A stretch of 64,000 nt of DNA from positions 12,680 to 76,679 of the forward strand of contig JALOQM010000002.1 in NCBI GenBank assembly GCA_025453495.1, given 5' to 3'. Every line of letters starts with the position of its first letter. The first letter of the stretch is position 1. The notes beneath the pieces are model-generated. The model was not told where the DNA came from and searched no databases. It saw only the letters and a program-made list of their open reading frames with translations. Positions 37,833 to 47,448 of this stretch are shown here, piece by piece. Both the position numbers and the translations under genes were made by a program. Origin of the DNA: Minisyncoccota bacterium (GTDB taxonomy: Bacteria > Patescibacteriota > Minisyncoccia > Phycocordibacterales > UBA9973).

Positions 37833-38573
37833 ATGCAACAATCAAACAAATCATTTGCACTTTGGCTCGGTCTCCTTATTGGTGGTAGTCTTTTGGTAAG
37901 TTCTGTAATTTTCGCACTTACACTCTATCGTGCACGTACCTCTGATAATGCTCTTTCTGTGACTGGGTCAGCAACGACTGAAGTAGTATCTGATACTGTC
38001 AGATGGACTGGTAGCTTCACCCGCACTGCGAAGCTTGCTGCGCTTAAAACAGGCTATGAACAAATGGCAAAGGATCTTACGCTTGTGCGTGAGTTTCTCC
38101 TCATAAATGGTATTGCAGAGTCTGATGTCACTGTATCCACAATCTTTATGAATCAAGATTATAGCAGTATGAATCAAAACGTCTCAGCTAGTGAGCGTGA
38201 GTACATACTAAACCAGACTATTGAGATCAATTCAACCGATGTTGCAAAAATTACAGCACTTGCAAAAAATGTCCAGTCACTTATCGACAAAGGAGTGATC
38301 TTCTCGTCAAATCCACTCGAGTACTACTATTCAAATCTTCCTGAAACACGTGTCGCGCTTCTCTCTGATGCACTCAAGGATGCAAAGGCACGTGCGCAAA
38401 AAATTGCTGAAACCACAGGCGATCGCGTCGGTGCCCTGCAGTCGGCTTCAAGTGGAGTTGTGCAAGTACTTTCACCAAATTCAGTTGATGTTTCTGATTA
38501 TGGTGCATACGATACTGCAAGTCTCAACAAATCAATCATGGTGACAGTGAAAGCATCTTTTAATCTTCGTTAG
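37833..38573 (+). CDS. SIMPL (DUF541) domain protein
   Basis: LSVTGSA...SD, ALKDAKARAQKIA, GVVQV, VTVKASF. Confidence 0.85.
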   Translation: MQQSNKSFALWLGLLIGGSLLVSSVIFALTLYRARTSDNALSVTGSATTEVVSDTVRWTGSFTRTAKLAALKTGYEQMAKDLTLVREFLLINGIAESDVTVSTIFMNQDYSSMNQNVSASEREYILNQTIEINSTDVAKITALAKNVQSLIDKGVIFSSNPLEYYYSNLPETRVALLSDALKDAKARAQKIAETTGDRVGALQSASSGVVQVLSPNSVDVSDYGAYDTASLNKSIMVTVKASFNLR

Positions 38574-38577
38574 TGCA

Positions 38578-39426
38578 GTGTACACACGTTTCTTCTCGAT
38601 AGTACTTAGCATCGTTAGTTGTGTGTATTTCTCTTGGGCGCCCATTTCCACATATGGGGCTTTGAATGCGCTGCATGGTACTGGCTTTGTCGAAAAGGCA
38701 ATTTGGTTTTCTGAGGCAGTGCCGAAAGAAGGCACTACGGTAACTATCTATACTGCAGTATTTAATCCACATCCAGAAACACTCTCTGGTACCGTGGTGT
38801 TTTATGACAAGTCAGTCATCATAGACAAGAAATCATTTTCAGTCCCGGGAAATGGTGTAATGGTTGTTTCGACAAACTGGAATGTCCCAGCGGGAACACA
38901 TCTTATCCGTGCTGAGATACTTGACCCTGTCCTTGTCTCAGAAGGGAAAGAGTCACGCATATTTGTCACCGACACAAAGGCGCTTAGTGAAGAATTTTCG
39001 GTACAGAAATCAATTACTATTTCCGAAAAAGCACTACCTCTGCCACAAGAAAAGACAAACACTGCCGAAAAGACTGGTACTCTTGACGAGGTAAGTACCA
39101 CCGTTATGGGATCGCTCACTACCAAAGCTCAGTCAGTTGATGCATGGCGTTCTGTCACGGCAGAGACGCTTTCAAAAAAAGAAGTACTAGCAAAAGAAGA
39201 ACTACTTCTTGCCAAAGAAGCACCCAAGGCAACAGCGACAATTAATAGTGATGGCATCACAGTCTCTCCGACAAAAGACGTTATCAAGACGCCGCTTGCA
39301 CACGGCAAAGCTTTTTTCTTTACTTTCGCGTCATATATCTTTAGTCACAAAATTCTATTTTATAGCATAACTCTAATCTTCCTCTTTCTCATTCTAAGAG
39401 CGCTATGGCGTAGATTCTCGAAATAA
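38578..39426 (+). CDS. Hypothetical exported Ig-like protein with C-terminal TM anchor
   Basis: IWFS...EG..VTIYTAVFN...GTVVFYD...W....GTHLIRAEI; hydrophobic C-terminus. Confidence 0.7.
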   Translation: MYTRFFSIVLSIVSCVYFSWAPISTYGALNALHGTGFVEKAIWFSEAVPKEGTTVTIYTAVFNPHPETLSGTVVFYDKSVIIDKKSFSVPGNGVMVVSTNWNVPAGTHLIRAEILDPVLVSEGKESRIFVTDTKALSEEFSVQKSITISEKALPLPQEKTNTAEKTGTLDEVSTTVMGSLTTKAQSVDAWRSVTAETLSKKEVLAKEELLLAKEAPKATATINSDGITVSPTKDVIKTPLAHGKAFFFTFASYIFSHKILFYSITLIFLFLILRALWRRFSK

Positions 39427-39429
39427 AAA

Positions 39430-39459
39430 ATACCGCACAACGTTTATGTTGTGCGGTAT
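39430..39459. terminator. Bidirectional terminator
   Basis: ATACCGCACAACG-TTTA-TGTTGTGCGGTAT between convergent genes. Confidence 0.7.
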
Positions 39460-39466
39460 GTACTAG

Positions 39467-40336
39467 TTAAATGAGGTGTGGTTTGAGTAAGCTCTTGCGC
39501 GACGAATGTTTTAAGCGAAAAAGTGCTCTGGATTTTATCTGACGTACACGTTCGCTGGTGAGACCCAAACGTTCACCGATTTCAGTGAGCGTAAGAGGAG
39601 TTTCATTATTGAGACCAAAGTAAAGCCTTAACACAGCTGCCTCACGTTCGGGTAGTGTAGAAAGTGCACGTTGGACATCCTGACGCAAGGACTCAGTGAT
39701 CAGTCCAGCTTCCGGGTTTGAAGTATTTGTGTCGGATAATATCTCGTACATAGTACTCTCACCCTCACTACTAGTGAACATTGGAGCATCCATAGACACA
39801 TCACGACCTGTATTGCGCAAAGCCTCTTTGATGTCTTTGGGCGAAAGTTCGAGCGCGGCAGCTATTTCATCGGCGCTGGGCTCGCGTTCGTATTCCTGCT
39901 CAAGCCGGGCACATGTTTGGTTGATTTTGTTGATGAAGCTGATTTTATTGAGCGGTAACCGCACAGTACGCGACAGTTCGGCCAAGGCATGAAGAATTGA
40001 TTGACGAATCCACCACACAGCATAGGAAATAAATTTAAAACCGCGTGTTTCATCGAAACGCTGCGCAGCTTTAATCAAACCGAGGTTACCTTCGTTGATA
40101 AGGTCAGGCAGGCTAAGGCCTTGGTTCTGGTACTGTTTGGAAACGGAAACGACGAAGCGGAGGTTAGCTTCTACCAGCTCGGTCAAAGCAGTCTGATCTC
40201 CTTGTTTGATCCTGCGGGCTAATGCAACTTCTTCTTCTGTCGTAAGCATATCTATCCTTCCGATTTCTTGAAGATATTTGTCGAGCGAGGCGCTTTCGTG
40301 GTTCGTGATCGACTGTCCGATTTTTATCTGTCTCAT
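39467..40336 (-). CDS. Bacteroidota-type primary sigma-70 factor lacking region 1.1
   Basis: MRQIKIGQSITNHESASLDKYLQEIG...ANLRFVVSVSKQYQNQGLSLPDLINEGNLGLIKAAQRFDETRGFKFISYAVWWIRQSI...LTSERVRQIK; start placed at ATG 40336 with TTGACT-17-TATTGT upstream. Confidence 0.92.
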   Translation of the reverse strand: MRQIKIGQSITNHESASLDKYLQEIGRIDMLTTEEEVALARRIKQGDQTALTELVEANLRFVVSVSKQYQNQGLSLPDLINEGNLGLIKAAQRFDETRGFKFISYAVWWIRQSILHALAELSRTVRLPLNKISFINKINQTCARLEQEYEREPSADEIAAALELSPKDIKEALRNTGRDVSMDAPMFTSSEGESTMYEILSDTNTSNPEAGLITESLRQDVQRALSTLPEREAAVLRLYFGLNNETPLTLTEIGERLGLTSERVRQIKSRALFRLKHSSRKSLLKPHLI

Positions 40337-40444
40337 ATTTAGTTTTTTTGGTTTCTGCTTGTACAATACCATTTTATACAATTTAGTCAAAAAATTGCAC
40401 GTTTCCAGTAATGTACTGGAAGTTTGCTTATATATCGGTATAAT

Positions 40445-40717
40445 ATGCCTGTTGTGACATGGAGAATTGCCGCAGGTATTGGTATTTTTTTGAGCGCATT
40501 CTGGCTGCCGTTCTGGGTGACGGTGGTACTTGCTGTTTTTTTTCTCTACCAATTTGATTCTTTTTATGAGGTGTTTCCTGCATTCCTCCTTGTCGACTTA
40601 CTGTATGCGAGTAAGGAGGTCCGATTTTTTGACTTTTCACTTATTGCATTTTCTCTCGCATTTCTTTTGTATATCAGCATGTATTTCCTTAAACGTACAT
40701 TGCTCGCAAAACAATAA
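40445..40717 (+). CDS. Small membrane protein upstream of PBP2 (MreD-like position)
   Basis: Hydrophobic 90 aa with LLVDLLY; 8 bp before the PBP2 start. Confidence 0.55.
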   Translation: MPVVTWRIAAGIGIFLSAFWLPFWVTVVLAVFFLYQFDSFYEVFPAFLLVDLLYASKEVRFFDFSLIAFSLAFLLYISMYFLKRTLLAKQ

Positions 40718-40725
40718 GATATTGT

Positions 40726-42420
40726 ATGTCGCTATTTACTAGAAAAAGAAATACGCGTCTGGACTATGAAATCGAACCTGATGAAATATTTCTCGATGCA
40801 AAAAATATCCCGAAATTCGACCAGCAACAATTTGAAGGAAGACTTGAGACGCCGATTCGGATCTCAAGTCTTCGGATACTCTTAGTTGTTTTTTTGGGAG
40901 TGTTTGTGGTATTTGCTTGGCGTCTTGGTAATTTGCAAGTTGTCGGAGGAAAAGCGTATTATGAGCGCAGTCTGCAAAATAATCTCAATAGAGTCCCATT
41001 GTTTGCAAATAGAGGAGTTATATACGATAGAAACAATGTACCACTTGCGTGGAATGACGAAAGTAAGACTGGAAATTTTTTCTCTCATCGCTCGTATATC
41101 AAAGAGCCAGGATTTGCACATCTACTCGGATATGTAAGCTATCCATCAAAAGATACCTCTGGCAATTATTGGCGAGAAGATTTCCTTGGCAAAGATGGCC
41201 TAGAAAAATACTATGATGCGCTTTTGCGTGGAGAGAATGGGGCAACAATCGTTGAAGTAGATGCTGAAGGAGCCATTACCTCACAAAATATTGTCGACAC
41301 TCCAGTTCCTGGAGAGAATCTCTATCTCTCTATTGATGCACGTATACAGACAAAGTTGTATTCACTTATTGCATCACTTGCAGAGACACGCAATTTCTCA
41401 GGTGGTGCTGGTGTCATCATGGATGTGACGAATGGCGAATTACTGGCATTAGTCAGTTTCCCGGAATATGATCCTGAAGTGCTCTCTCTTGGTGATGATG
41501 CCAAGGCGATCAGTAGCTATCTCAATGATAGACGCAAAGTCTTTCTCAATCGTGCAGTCTCTGGACTCTATTCTCCTGGTTCGATTGTCAAACCATTTGT
41601 CGCAATTGCAGCACTCAATGAAAACATTATTGATCCCAAGAAGAATATACTTTCTACTGGTTCGATTTCGATACCAAATCCGTATACGCCGAGCAAGCCA
41701 ACAGTGTTTAGAGATTGGAAGGCGCATGGGTGGGTCGATATGCGCCGCGCTATTGCAGTGTCTTCCGATGTGTACTTTTATGCAGTTGGCGGCGGATATC
41801 AAGACCAAAAAGGCCTTGGCATAGAAAAGATTGATAGATATATGCGTTTCTTTGGTATTGCAGAAGCGACTGGTGTTGATCTTCCTGGAGAAGTAGAAGG
41901 TATTATCCCAGGTCCTGAATGGAAAGAAAAAAACTTTCCTGGTGACCCATGGCGTATCGGTAATACGTATCATACTGCAATCGGCCAATATGGTTTTAAG
42001 GTGACGCCGATCCAGATGGCTCGTGCGCTTGGCGCGATTGCAGACAATGGTGTACTACGAAAGCCGCATGTCGTCACTAATCCTGATCTTGTGTATAGCA
42101 GTGAGAAGAGGATTGAGATACCGGAGGAATATTATACGATTTCGCGTGAAGGCATGCATGCAGCAGTAAAAGGTGATGGTACTGCACGAGCACTTAATAT
42201 CTCAGCTGTCGATATTGCAGCCAAAACAGGTACCGCACAGGTTGGCGTGCGCAATGAATACGAGCACTCGTGGGTGACAGGATTCTTTCCATACAAAGAG
42301 CCGCGCTATGCTTTTGTCATCCTAATGGAGCGCGGTCCGGCTGGTAATCTTGTCGGTGCTTCCTTTATTGGTTCACAGCTTTTCCAGTGGATGGCACAAG
42401 AGACGCCAGAGTATTTTTGA
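40726..42420 (+). CDS. mrdA: Penicillin-binding protein 2
   Basis: RGVIYDRN, PGSIVK, SSDVYFY, IGQ, KTGTAQ. Confidence 0.92.
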   Translation: MSLFTRKRNTRLDYEIEPDEIFLDAKNIPKFDQQQFEGRLETPIRISSLRILLVVFLGVFVVFAWRLGNLQVVGGKAYYERSLQNNLNRVPLFANRGVIYDRNNVPLAWNDESKTGNFFSHRSYIKEPGFAHLLGYVSYPSKDTSGNYWREDFLGKDGLEKYYDALLRGENGATIVEVDAEGAITSQNIVDTPVPGENLYLSIDARIQTKLYSLIASLAETRNFSGGAGVIMDVTNGELLALVSFPEYDPEVLSLGDDAKAISSYLNDRRKVFLNRAVSGLYSPGSIVKPFVAIAALNENIIDPKKNILSTGSISIPNPYTPSKPTVFRDWKAHGWVDMRRAIAVSSDVYFYAVGGGYQDQKGLGIEKIDRYMRFFGIAEATGVDLPGEVEGIIPGPEWKEKNFPGDPWRIGNTYHTAIGQYGFKVTPIQMARALGAIADNGVLRKPHVVTNPDLVYSSEKRIEIPEEYYTISREGMHAAVKGDGTARALNISAVDIAAKTGTAQVGVRNEYEHSWVTGFFPYKEPRYAFVILMERGPAGNLVGASFIGSQLFQWMAQETPEYF

Positions 42421-42526
42421 CCTGTTTGACTTGAGAATGCAAATTGAGTAGAATCGTCCTACATAGAAGAAACGCGCTTATAACATAACTGTTTCGAAGC
42501 AATCGAAACACATTTTGTACAAAGAT

Positions 42527-42994
42527 ATGGATACAGAAGTTGATTACATAACTGAAGAAAAAAAGAAAGAGCTTGAGATAGAGCTTGTGCAGCTTTCTGG
42601 TCCTCGCCGCAAAGAAATACTTGATGCACTTGAGTTTGCAAAGTCACTTGGTGATCTTTCTGAAAACGCAGAATATCATCAAGCAAGAGAAGATCAGGCA
42701 AAGCTTGAGGAGCGCATTTCGAAGATTGAATACATGCTCATGCATGCCAAAGTCGTATCTCGCCACCATTCAACGATAGTAGAAGTCGGTGCGACAGTGG
42801 TAATTCAGAAAAAAGGAAGCACAGAAAAAAAGAAAGTCCAGATTGTAGGAGTAGAAGAAGCTGACATGGCGCAGGGTAAGATTTCTACAAAGTCACCTCT
42901 TGGTGCTGCTTTGTTTGCAAAGAAAAAAGGTGATACTGCCTCTTTCACTACACCATCAGGTGCGGTAGAATACAAAATACTCGATATTGAGTAG
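42527..42994 (+). CDS. greA: Transcription elongation factor GreA
   Basis: GDLSENAEYHQARE, IVGVEEAD, ISTKSPLG. Confidence 0.97.
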   Translation: MDTEVDYITEEKKKELEIELVQLSGPRRKEILDALEFAKSLGDLSENAEYHQAREDQAKLEERISKIEYMLMHAKVVSRHHSTIVEVGATVVIQKKGSTEKKKVQIVGVEEADMAQGKISTKSPLGAALFAKKKGDTASFTTPSGAVEYKILDIE

Positions 42995-43064
42995 CTTATT
43001 GCTTTTAGTTATTTGCTTGTAGCTTCCTAAAAGTACAAAGCATTAAGCAAAAAGCATACACACT

Positions 43065-44957
43065 ATGGCATCACTCGAAGAACTGCGTGATACACGCATA
43101 CAAAAGATAGAGAAACTCAAAGCGGCAGGAATGGATCCATATACTGCTGATTCTTTTCGTACACATACGATTGCAGAAGCGAGTACAGTTTTTGACACAC
43201 TGAGCACATCAGGAGAAAGCGTCACACTTGCTGGCCGCGTACTTGCTATCCGTGGACAAGGTGGTCTTTTGTTTTTTAATTTTACTGACGGCACTGGAAC
43301 GTTTCAAGGCATGGTTAAGAAAGAAGCACTCGACGAAACACTCCTTGCTCTTTTTGTAGACACAGTAGACAATGCGGACTTTATCGAAGTCACTGGCACT
43401 CTTATCGTCACCAAGACAGGCCAGCAGACGATCCTTATACAAACATGGCGGATGCTTACCAAGGCGCTCGCACCGCTTCCTGACAAATGGCATGGTCTCC
43501 AGGATCAGGAAGAGCGTTTCCGCAAGCGCTATCTCGATATCCTCACTGATCCCGCTATCCGTGAATTGTTTGAAAAGAAATCGAAGTTTTGGGACGTGAC
43601 GCGCACGTTTATGAAAGAATGCGGATTCATGGAAGTCGAGACGCCGACGCTCGAAGTGACGACTGGTGGCGCCGAAGCCAATCCGTTCAAGACACACCAC
43701 AAGGATTTTGATATTGATGTCTATCTGCGTATCTCTGTTGGCGAGCTCTGGCAGAAGCGCCTCATGGCTGCTGGATTCCCGAAGACATTTGAGATTGGTC
43801 GCGTCTACCGTAACGAAGGCTCAAGCCCCGAGCACACGCAGGAATTTACAAACATGGAGTTTTATTGGGCGTACGCAAACTATGAAGATGGCATGAATCT
43901 TGTGCAGGATTTATATCGAACGATTGCGACGGAAGTATTCGGCACAACAAAGTTTACAACACGCGGACATACGTTTGATTTTGCCGAAGAATGGCCTCGT
44001 GTTGACTATGCTGACGAAGTACTCAAAAGAACCGGCATCAATGTCTTTGAATCAACAGAAGAAGAGATGAAAGCAAAGCTCGACGAGCTTGGTGTCTCAT
44101 ATGAAGGCGAGAGTCGTGAGCGTCTCATGGATACACTCTGGAAATACTGCAGGAAGCAGATTAGTGGTCCGGCATTTCTCGTGCATCACCCGGTGCTCGT
44201 GTCTCCGCTTTCAAAAGTGCTCGCGAGTGATCCGCGGAAGACCGAGCGCTTCCAGCCGCTTATCGCCGGCAGTGAAGTAGGCAATGGTTTCTCCGAGCTT
44301 AATGATCCGATCGACCAGCGCGCGCGATTTGAGCTCCAGCAAAAGCTTATCGAGCGTGGCGAGGAGGAAGCAATGATGCCGGAGTGGGAATTTGTGGAAA
44401 TGCTCGAGCACGGTATGCCACCAACCTGCGGTTTTGGTTTCGGCGAGCGACTCTTTGCCTTTATGGTAGACAAGCCAATTCGCGAGATACAGCTGTTTCC
44501 GCTCATGCGACCGAAAGATAGCACTCCTAAGAAAAAAGAAACGATGATTGCTGCAGCGCTCATTAATGTGAATGCAGGATTACTTAAGTGGCAAGAAATG
44601 AATACCGTCGCGCATTTGAATGCAGCATTTGGCGCGCGTGTTGGTAGAGAGCTTTTTAGTAAAGATGTAATTCTTTCTCAAGACGAACAAAAAATTAACC
44701 TCAACATCAAGAATGCGATTATGATTCGTGCAGCTGATTCTGCTAAGGTGCTACGAGAAGTTGCATTGAAAGCAAAGGAGGAAGGTTTGCAAGTAGATGA
44801 ATTTACTCGAGAAATGCTCGAGACAACTAATGACAAGAAGATTACAGAGATAACTGCGGCAAAGCCTTTTGAAGAAATAGAGTACCTGGGAGTATTGGTG
44901 TACGGTCCAAAGGAAGCAGTTGAAGAAATAGTCAAAGAGTTTCCGTTGTTCTCATAA
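43065..44957 (+). CDS. lysS: Lysine--tRNA ligase (class II) fused to a C-terminal DUF2000-like domain
   Basis: RFRKRYLD, GGAEANPF, YRNEG, ELNDP, GMPPTCGFGFGER, LFPLMRP; extra ~140 aa with KWQEMNTVAHL...YLGVLVYGPKEAV. Confidence 0.95.
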   Translation: MASLEELRDTRIQKIEKLKAAGMDPYTADSFRTHTIAEASTVFDTLSTSGESVTLAGRVLAIRGQGGLLFFNFTDGTGTFQGMVKKEALDETLLALFVDTVDNADFIEVTGTLIVTKTGQQTILIQTWRMLTKALAPLPDKWHGLQDQEERFRKRYLDILTDPAIRELFEKKSKFWDVTRTFMKECGFMEVETPTLEVTTGGAEANPFKTHHKDFDIDVYLRISVGELWQKRLMAAGFPKTFEIGRVYRNEGSSPEHTQEFTNMEFYWAYANYEDGMNLVQDLYRTIATEVFGTTKFTTRGHTFDFAEEWPRVDYADEVLKRTGINVFESTEEEMKAKLDELGVSYEGESRERLMDTLWKYCRKQISGPAFLVHHPVLVSPLSKVLASDPRKTERFQPLIAGSEVGNGFSELNDPIDQRARFELQQKLIERGEEEAMMPEWEFVEMLEHGMPPTCGFGFGERLFAFMVDKPIREIQLFPLMRPKDSTPKKKETMIAAALINVNAGLLKWQEMNTVAHLNAAFGARVGRELFSKDVILSQDEQKINLNIKNAIMIRAADSAKVLREVALKAKEEGLQVDEFTREMLETTNDKKITEITAAKPFEEIEYLGVLVYGPKEAVEEIVKEFPLFS

Positions 44958-45038
44958 TCGTTTGATGACTAACTAGGGATTGTGAAATAAAATCGAAAGA
45001 GCAGGAAGAGTGAAGAAAGCAATATGCAGCATGAAAAT

Positions 45039-45064
45039 GCCCCGCGGTATACCGCGGGGCTTTG
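45039..45064. terminator. Perfect 22-bp GC palindrome, bidirectional terminator
   Basis: GCCCCGCGGTA|TACCGCGGGGC between convergent genes. Confidence 0.7.
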
Positions 45065-45082
45065 TAGTATATCCACCAGAGA

Positions 45083-45553
45083 TTAATGATAGTGGATGAC
45101 GATAACAGGTTGTCCTGTTATCGCGGCAATTTCAAGTGCGGAAGGGAATCTCTCCACTTTTCCTGGAGGTACCCACACGCCACAGTAGTCAGCGCCGGAT
45201 TCAGTACAGTCGCTGCATTGGCAACCGACCAGCTGAAGGGGATTTTCCGAATACACTTTTGCGTGCCCAGGAATTTTGAAATCCTTACTGACGGGGGAGT
45301 ATAGCGTTATCATGTCACCGATAAATATCGGTGACTTGCACCACGCGCACTGTATGGCCATTTTTGCGAGACACGCATGGCAGTATTCGATCTTGCCATC
45401 TTTCAATGGTACTCGTGTTTTTATCAGGCGACCGAACGCACGCACTTCATCGTGTATTTTGCTTACATGTCCGCATTCAGCAATATACATTTTTGCGAAG
45501 AATCTTTTGAATCGCCAGAAGCGATATTCAAAGAAACCCGGTATTTTTCTCAT
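45083..45553 (-). CDS. Cys-rich hypothetical protein, likely Zn-binding
   Basis: CGH, CHAC, CAWC, CQCSDC motifs; SD AAAGGAG. Confidence 0.75.
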   Translation of the reverse strand: MRKIPGFFEYRFWRFKRFFAKMYIAECGHVSKIHDEVRAFGRLIKTRVPLKDGKIEYCHACLAKMAIQCAWCKSPIFIGDMITLYSPVSKDFKIPGHAKVYSENPLQLVGCQCSDCTESGADYCGVWVPPGKVERFPSALEIAAITGQPVIVIHYH

Positions 45554-45648
45554 TAAGTTGCTCCTTTCTTTTTTTAAATACCTCTGCTATTTAAATTTCA
45601 TTTAATTTCTCATTTTGTCAAAAAAACCTTTTATTATCATTGTCTCAT

Positions 45649-45730
45649 TTATCCACAGAAAAGTGGTTTGTATTGTTGGCGATGTGGGATGAAGTGGTAT
45701 ATACTATAATCAAGTGGGAAAGTGTGGGAA
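45649..45730 (+). promoter_or_regulatory. dcw promoter: DnaA box and MraZ-binding GTGG repeats
   Basis: TTATCCACA at 45649-45657; GTGG(G/T) at 45663, 45684, 45694, 45714 and 45724 (about 10-bp phasing) around a TATACT/TATAAT -10 region. Confidence 0.75.
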
Positions 45731-45742
45731 ATAAATAAAAGC

Positions 45743-46177
45743 ATGTTGATCGGCGAATACATTCATACCATGGACGGCAAAAACAGGATTTCGCTCCCTG
45801 TGCGTTTTCGCAAGGAGATGGGAAAGAAAATCATTGTCGCCCCAGGTCTTGATAACTGTCTTTCTGTATACACACAGAAAGAATGGGAAAAGATTTCGTC
45901 GCGTCTTTCAGAGTCTTCAATGCTTGCTGCAGACAATCGAAGCTTCAATCGCTTCATGTTTGGCGGTGCAGTCGAAGTCGACGTCGACAGTATCGGCAGG
46001 ATATTGATTCCAGAATTTCTCGCTGATCGTGCGCTGCTCAAGGAGAAAGTAGCGATGATTGGTGTGCAGAATCGAGTTGAGATCTGGAATGAGAAGCGCT
46101 GGCATGAGTACAAGAAAGTGGTCGAGCTTCAGGCAGACCAGCTCGCAGAGAAGCTCGGTCAAGTAGGAGTCTTGTAA
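45743..46177 (+). CDS. mraZ: Transcriptional regulator MraZ
   Basis: MLIGEYIHTMDGKNRISLP, GLDNCL, DSIGRILIP, IGVQNRVEIW. Confidence 0.96.
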   Translation: MLIGEYIHTMDGKNRISLPVRFRKEMGKKIIVAPGLDNCLSVYTQKEWEKISSRLSESSMLAADNRSFNRFMFGGAVEVDVDSIGRILIPEFLADRALLKEKVAMIGVQNRVEIWNEKRWHEYKKVVELQADQLAEKLGQVGVL

Positions 46178-46179
46178 TC

Positions 46180-47061
46180 ATGAGCCACGTCAGCGTTCTT
46201 TTACACGAAGCGGTCAACGGTCTTGCTATCACAAAGGGAGATATCGTCCTTGATGGAACGCTCGGTGGTGGGGGGCATACCGAAGAAATATGCAAAAGAT
46301 TCGGTGCTGACGTGAAGCTCTATGCTACCGACCGGGATAGCGATGCCATTGAGAGAAGTCAGAAGCGACTCTCGGGTGCAGCATGTCAGGTATCATTTTT
46401 CAACAAGAACTTTCGTGACATGGACACAGTGGTGCCAAGCGGTGTCGACAAAATCTTGCTTGATCTTGGATTGAGCTCCGACCAACTTGATACTTCCGGG
46501 AGAGGCTTTACTTTTAGGAAAGATGAGCCACTTAAGATGACTATGGGGGCAGGGATGAAAGAAGAAGTACTCACCGCTGAAATCATCGTCAATGAATGGG
46601 AAGAGAGCAGTATTGCAGATATCATCTATGGCTATGGCGAAGAACGGTATGCCAAGCGTATTGCCAAGGAGATAGTTCTTGCAAGAGAATTCGGACCAAT
46701 CAAGACGACATTTGCACTTGCAAGCATCATTGCGAAAGCAGTACCAGTCTCTTATAGGAAAGGACGTATTCACCCAGCAACACGGACGTTTCAAGCCATT
46801 CGCATCGCAGTCAACGACGAACTCGGTAGTCTCAAAGAAGGGCTTACCAAAGCATATGCACTGCTTCGTCCTCGTGGTCGTATCGCGGTTATATCTTTCC
46901 ATAGCCTTGAAGATCGGATCGTAAAGCATTTTTTTAAAGACATGGCAGCACTCGGAACAGCGAACATTGTTACTAAACGACCAATCGTGCCGACTGAGGA
47001 AGAAATACAACATAATCCACGAGCACGAAGCGCTAAATTACGTATTCTCGAAAAGAAATAA
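46180..47061 (+). CDS. rsmH: 16S rRNA m4C1402 methyltransferase
   Basis: HVSVLL, DGTLGGGGH, DLGLSS, HPATRTFQAIRIAVN, ISFHSLEDR, NPRARSAKLR. Confidence 0.97.
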   Translation: MSHVSVLLHEAVNGLAITKGDIVLDGTLGGGGHTEEICKRFGADVKLYATDRDSDAIERSQKRLSGAACQVSFFNKNFRDMDTVVPSGVDKILLDLGLSSDQLDTSGRGFTFRKDEPLKMTMGAGMKEEVLTAEIIVNEWEESSIADIIYGYGEERYAKRIAKEIVLAREFGPIKTTFALASIIAKAVPVSYRKGRIHPATRTFQAIRIAVNDELGSLKEGLTKAYALLRPRGRIAVISFHSLEDRIVKHFFKDMAALGTANIVTKRPIVPTEEEIQHNPRARSAKLRILEKK

Positions 47062-47100
47062 CATTTTATACAAAGATACTATATTCACTATTCACACTAT

Positions 47101-47448
47101 ATGACAATTAGCAGTTTTAAAATACATACACGCATCGTAAACAATGACAACCTCATGGAGCGTTCTTTTCGCGCACTATGCTTGACACTTGGACTACTCT
47201 TTCTTGCGTATCTTTATTTCCTTGGGACTATCACATTTGGTATCGTTGAACGTAGAGCACTTGAAGCACAAGCAAAAGAACTTGCTTCAGAAGTGAGTAC
47301 TCTTGAGCTTCAGTATCTCGCGCTTTCAAACAACATAGACATAGAACTTGCTGAGACGCTCGGTTTTACTGAGACGAAATCTGCACGGTTTGTATCGCGA
47401 GTTCCAGATGCACCGAGCTTCGCGATTCGCGATCATGTCGTCCAATAA
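47101..47448 (+). CDS. FtsL-like cell division protein
   Basis: TM helix plus coiled coil ending AETLGF; located between rsmH and ftsI. Confidence 0.65.
   Translation: MTISSFKIHTRIVNNDNLMERSFRALCLTLGLLFLAYLYFLGTITFGIVERRALEAQAKELASEVSTLELQYLALSNNIDIELAETLGFTETKSARFVSRVPDAPSFAIRDHVVQ

Noticed and set aside
40337-40552. 72-aa N-terminal extension of the sigma factor
   Set aside because: It overlaps the divergent membrane gene and the sigma's own promoter; family similarity starts at MRQIK.
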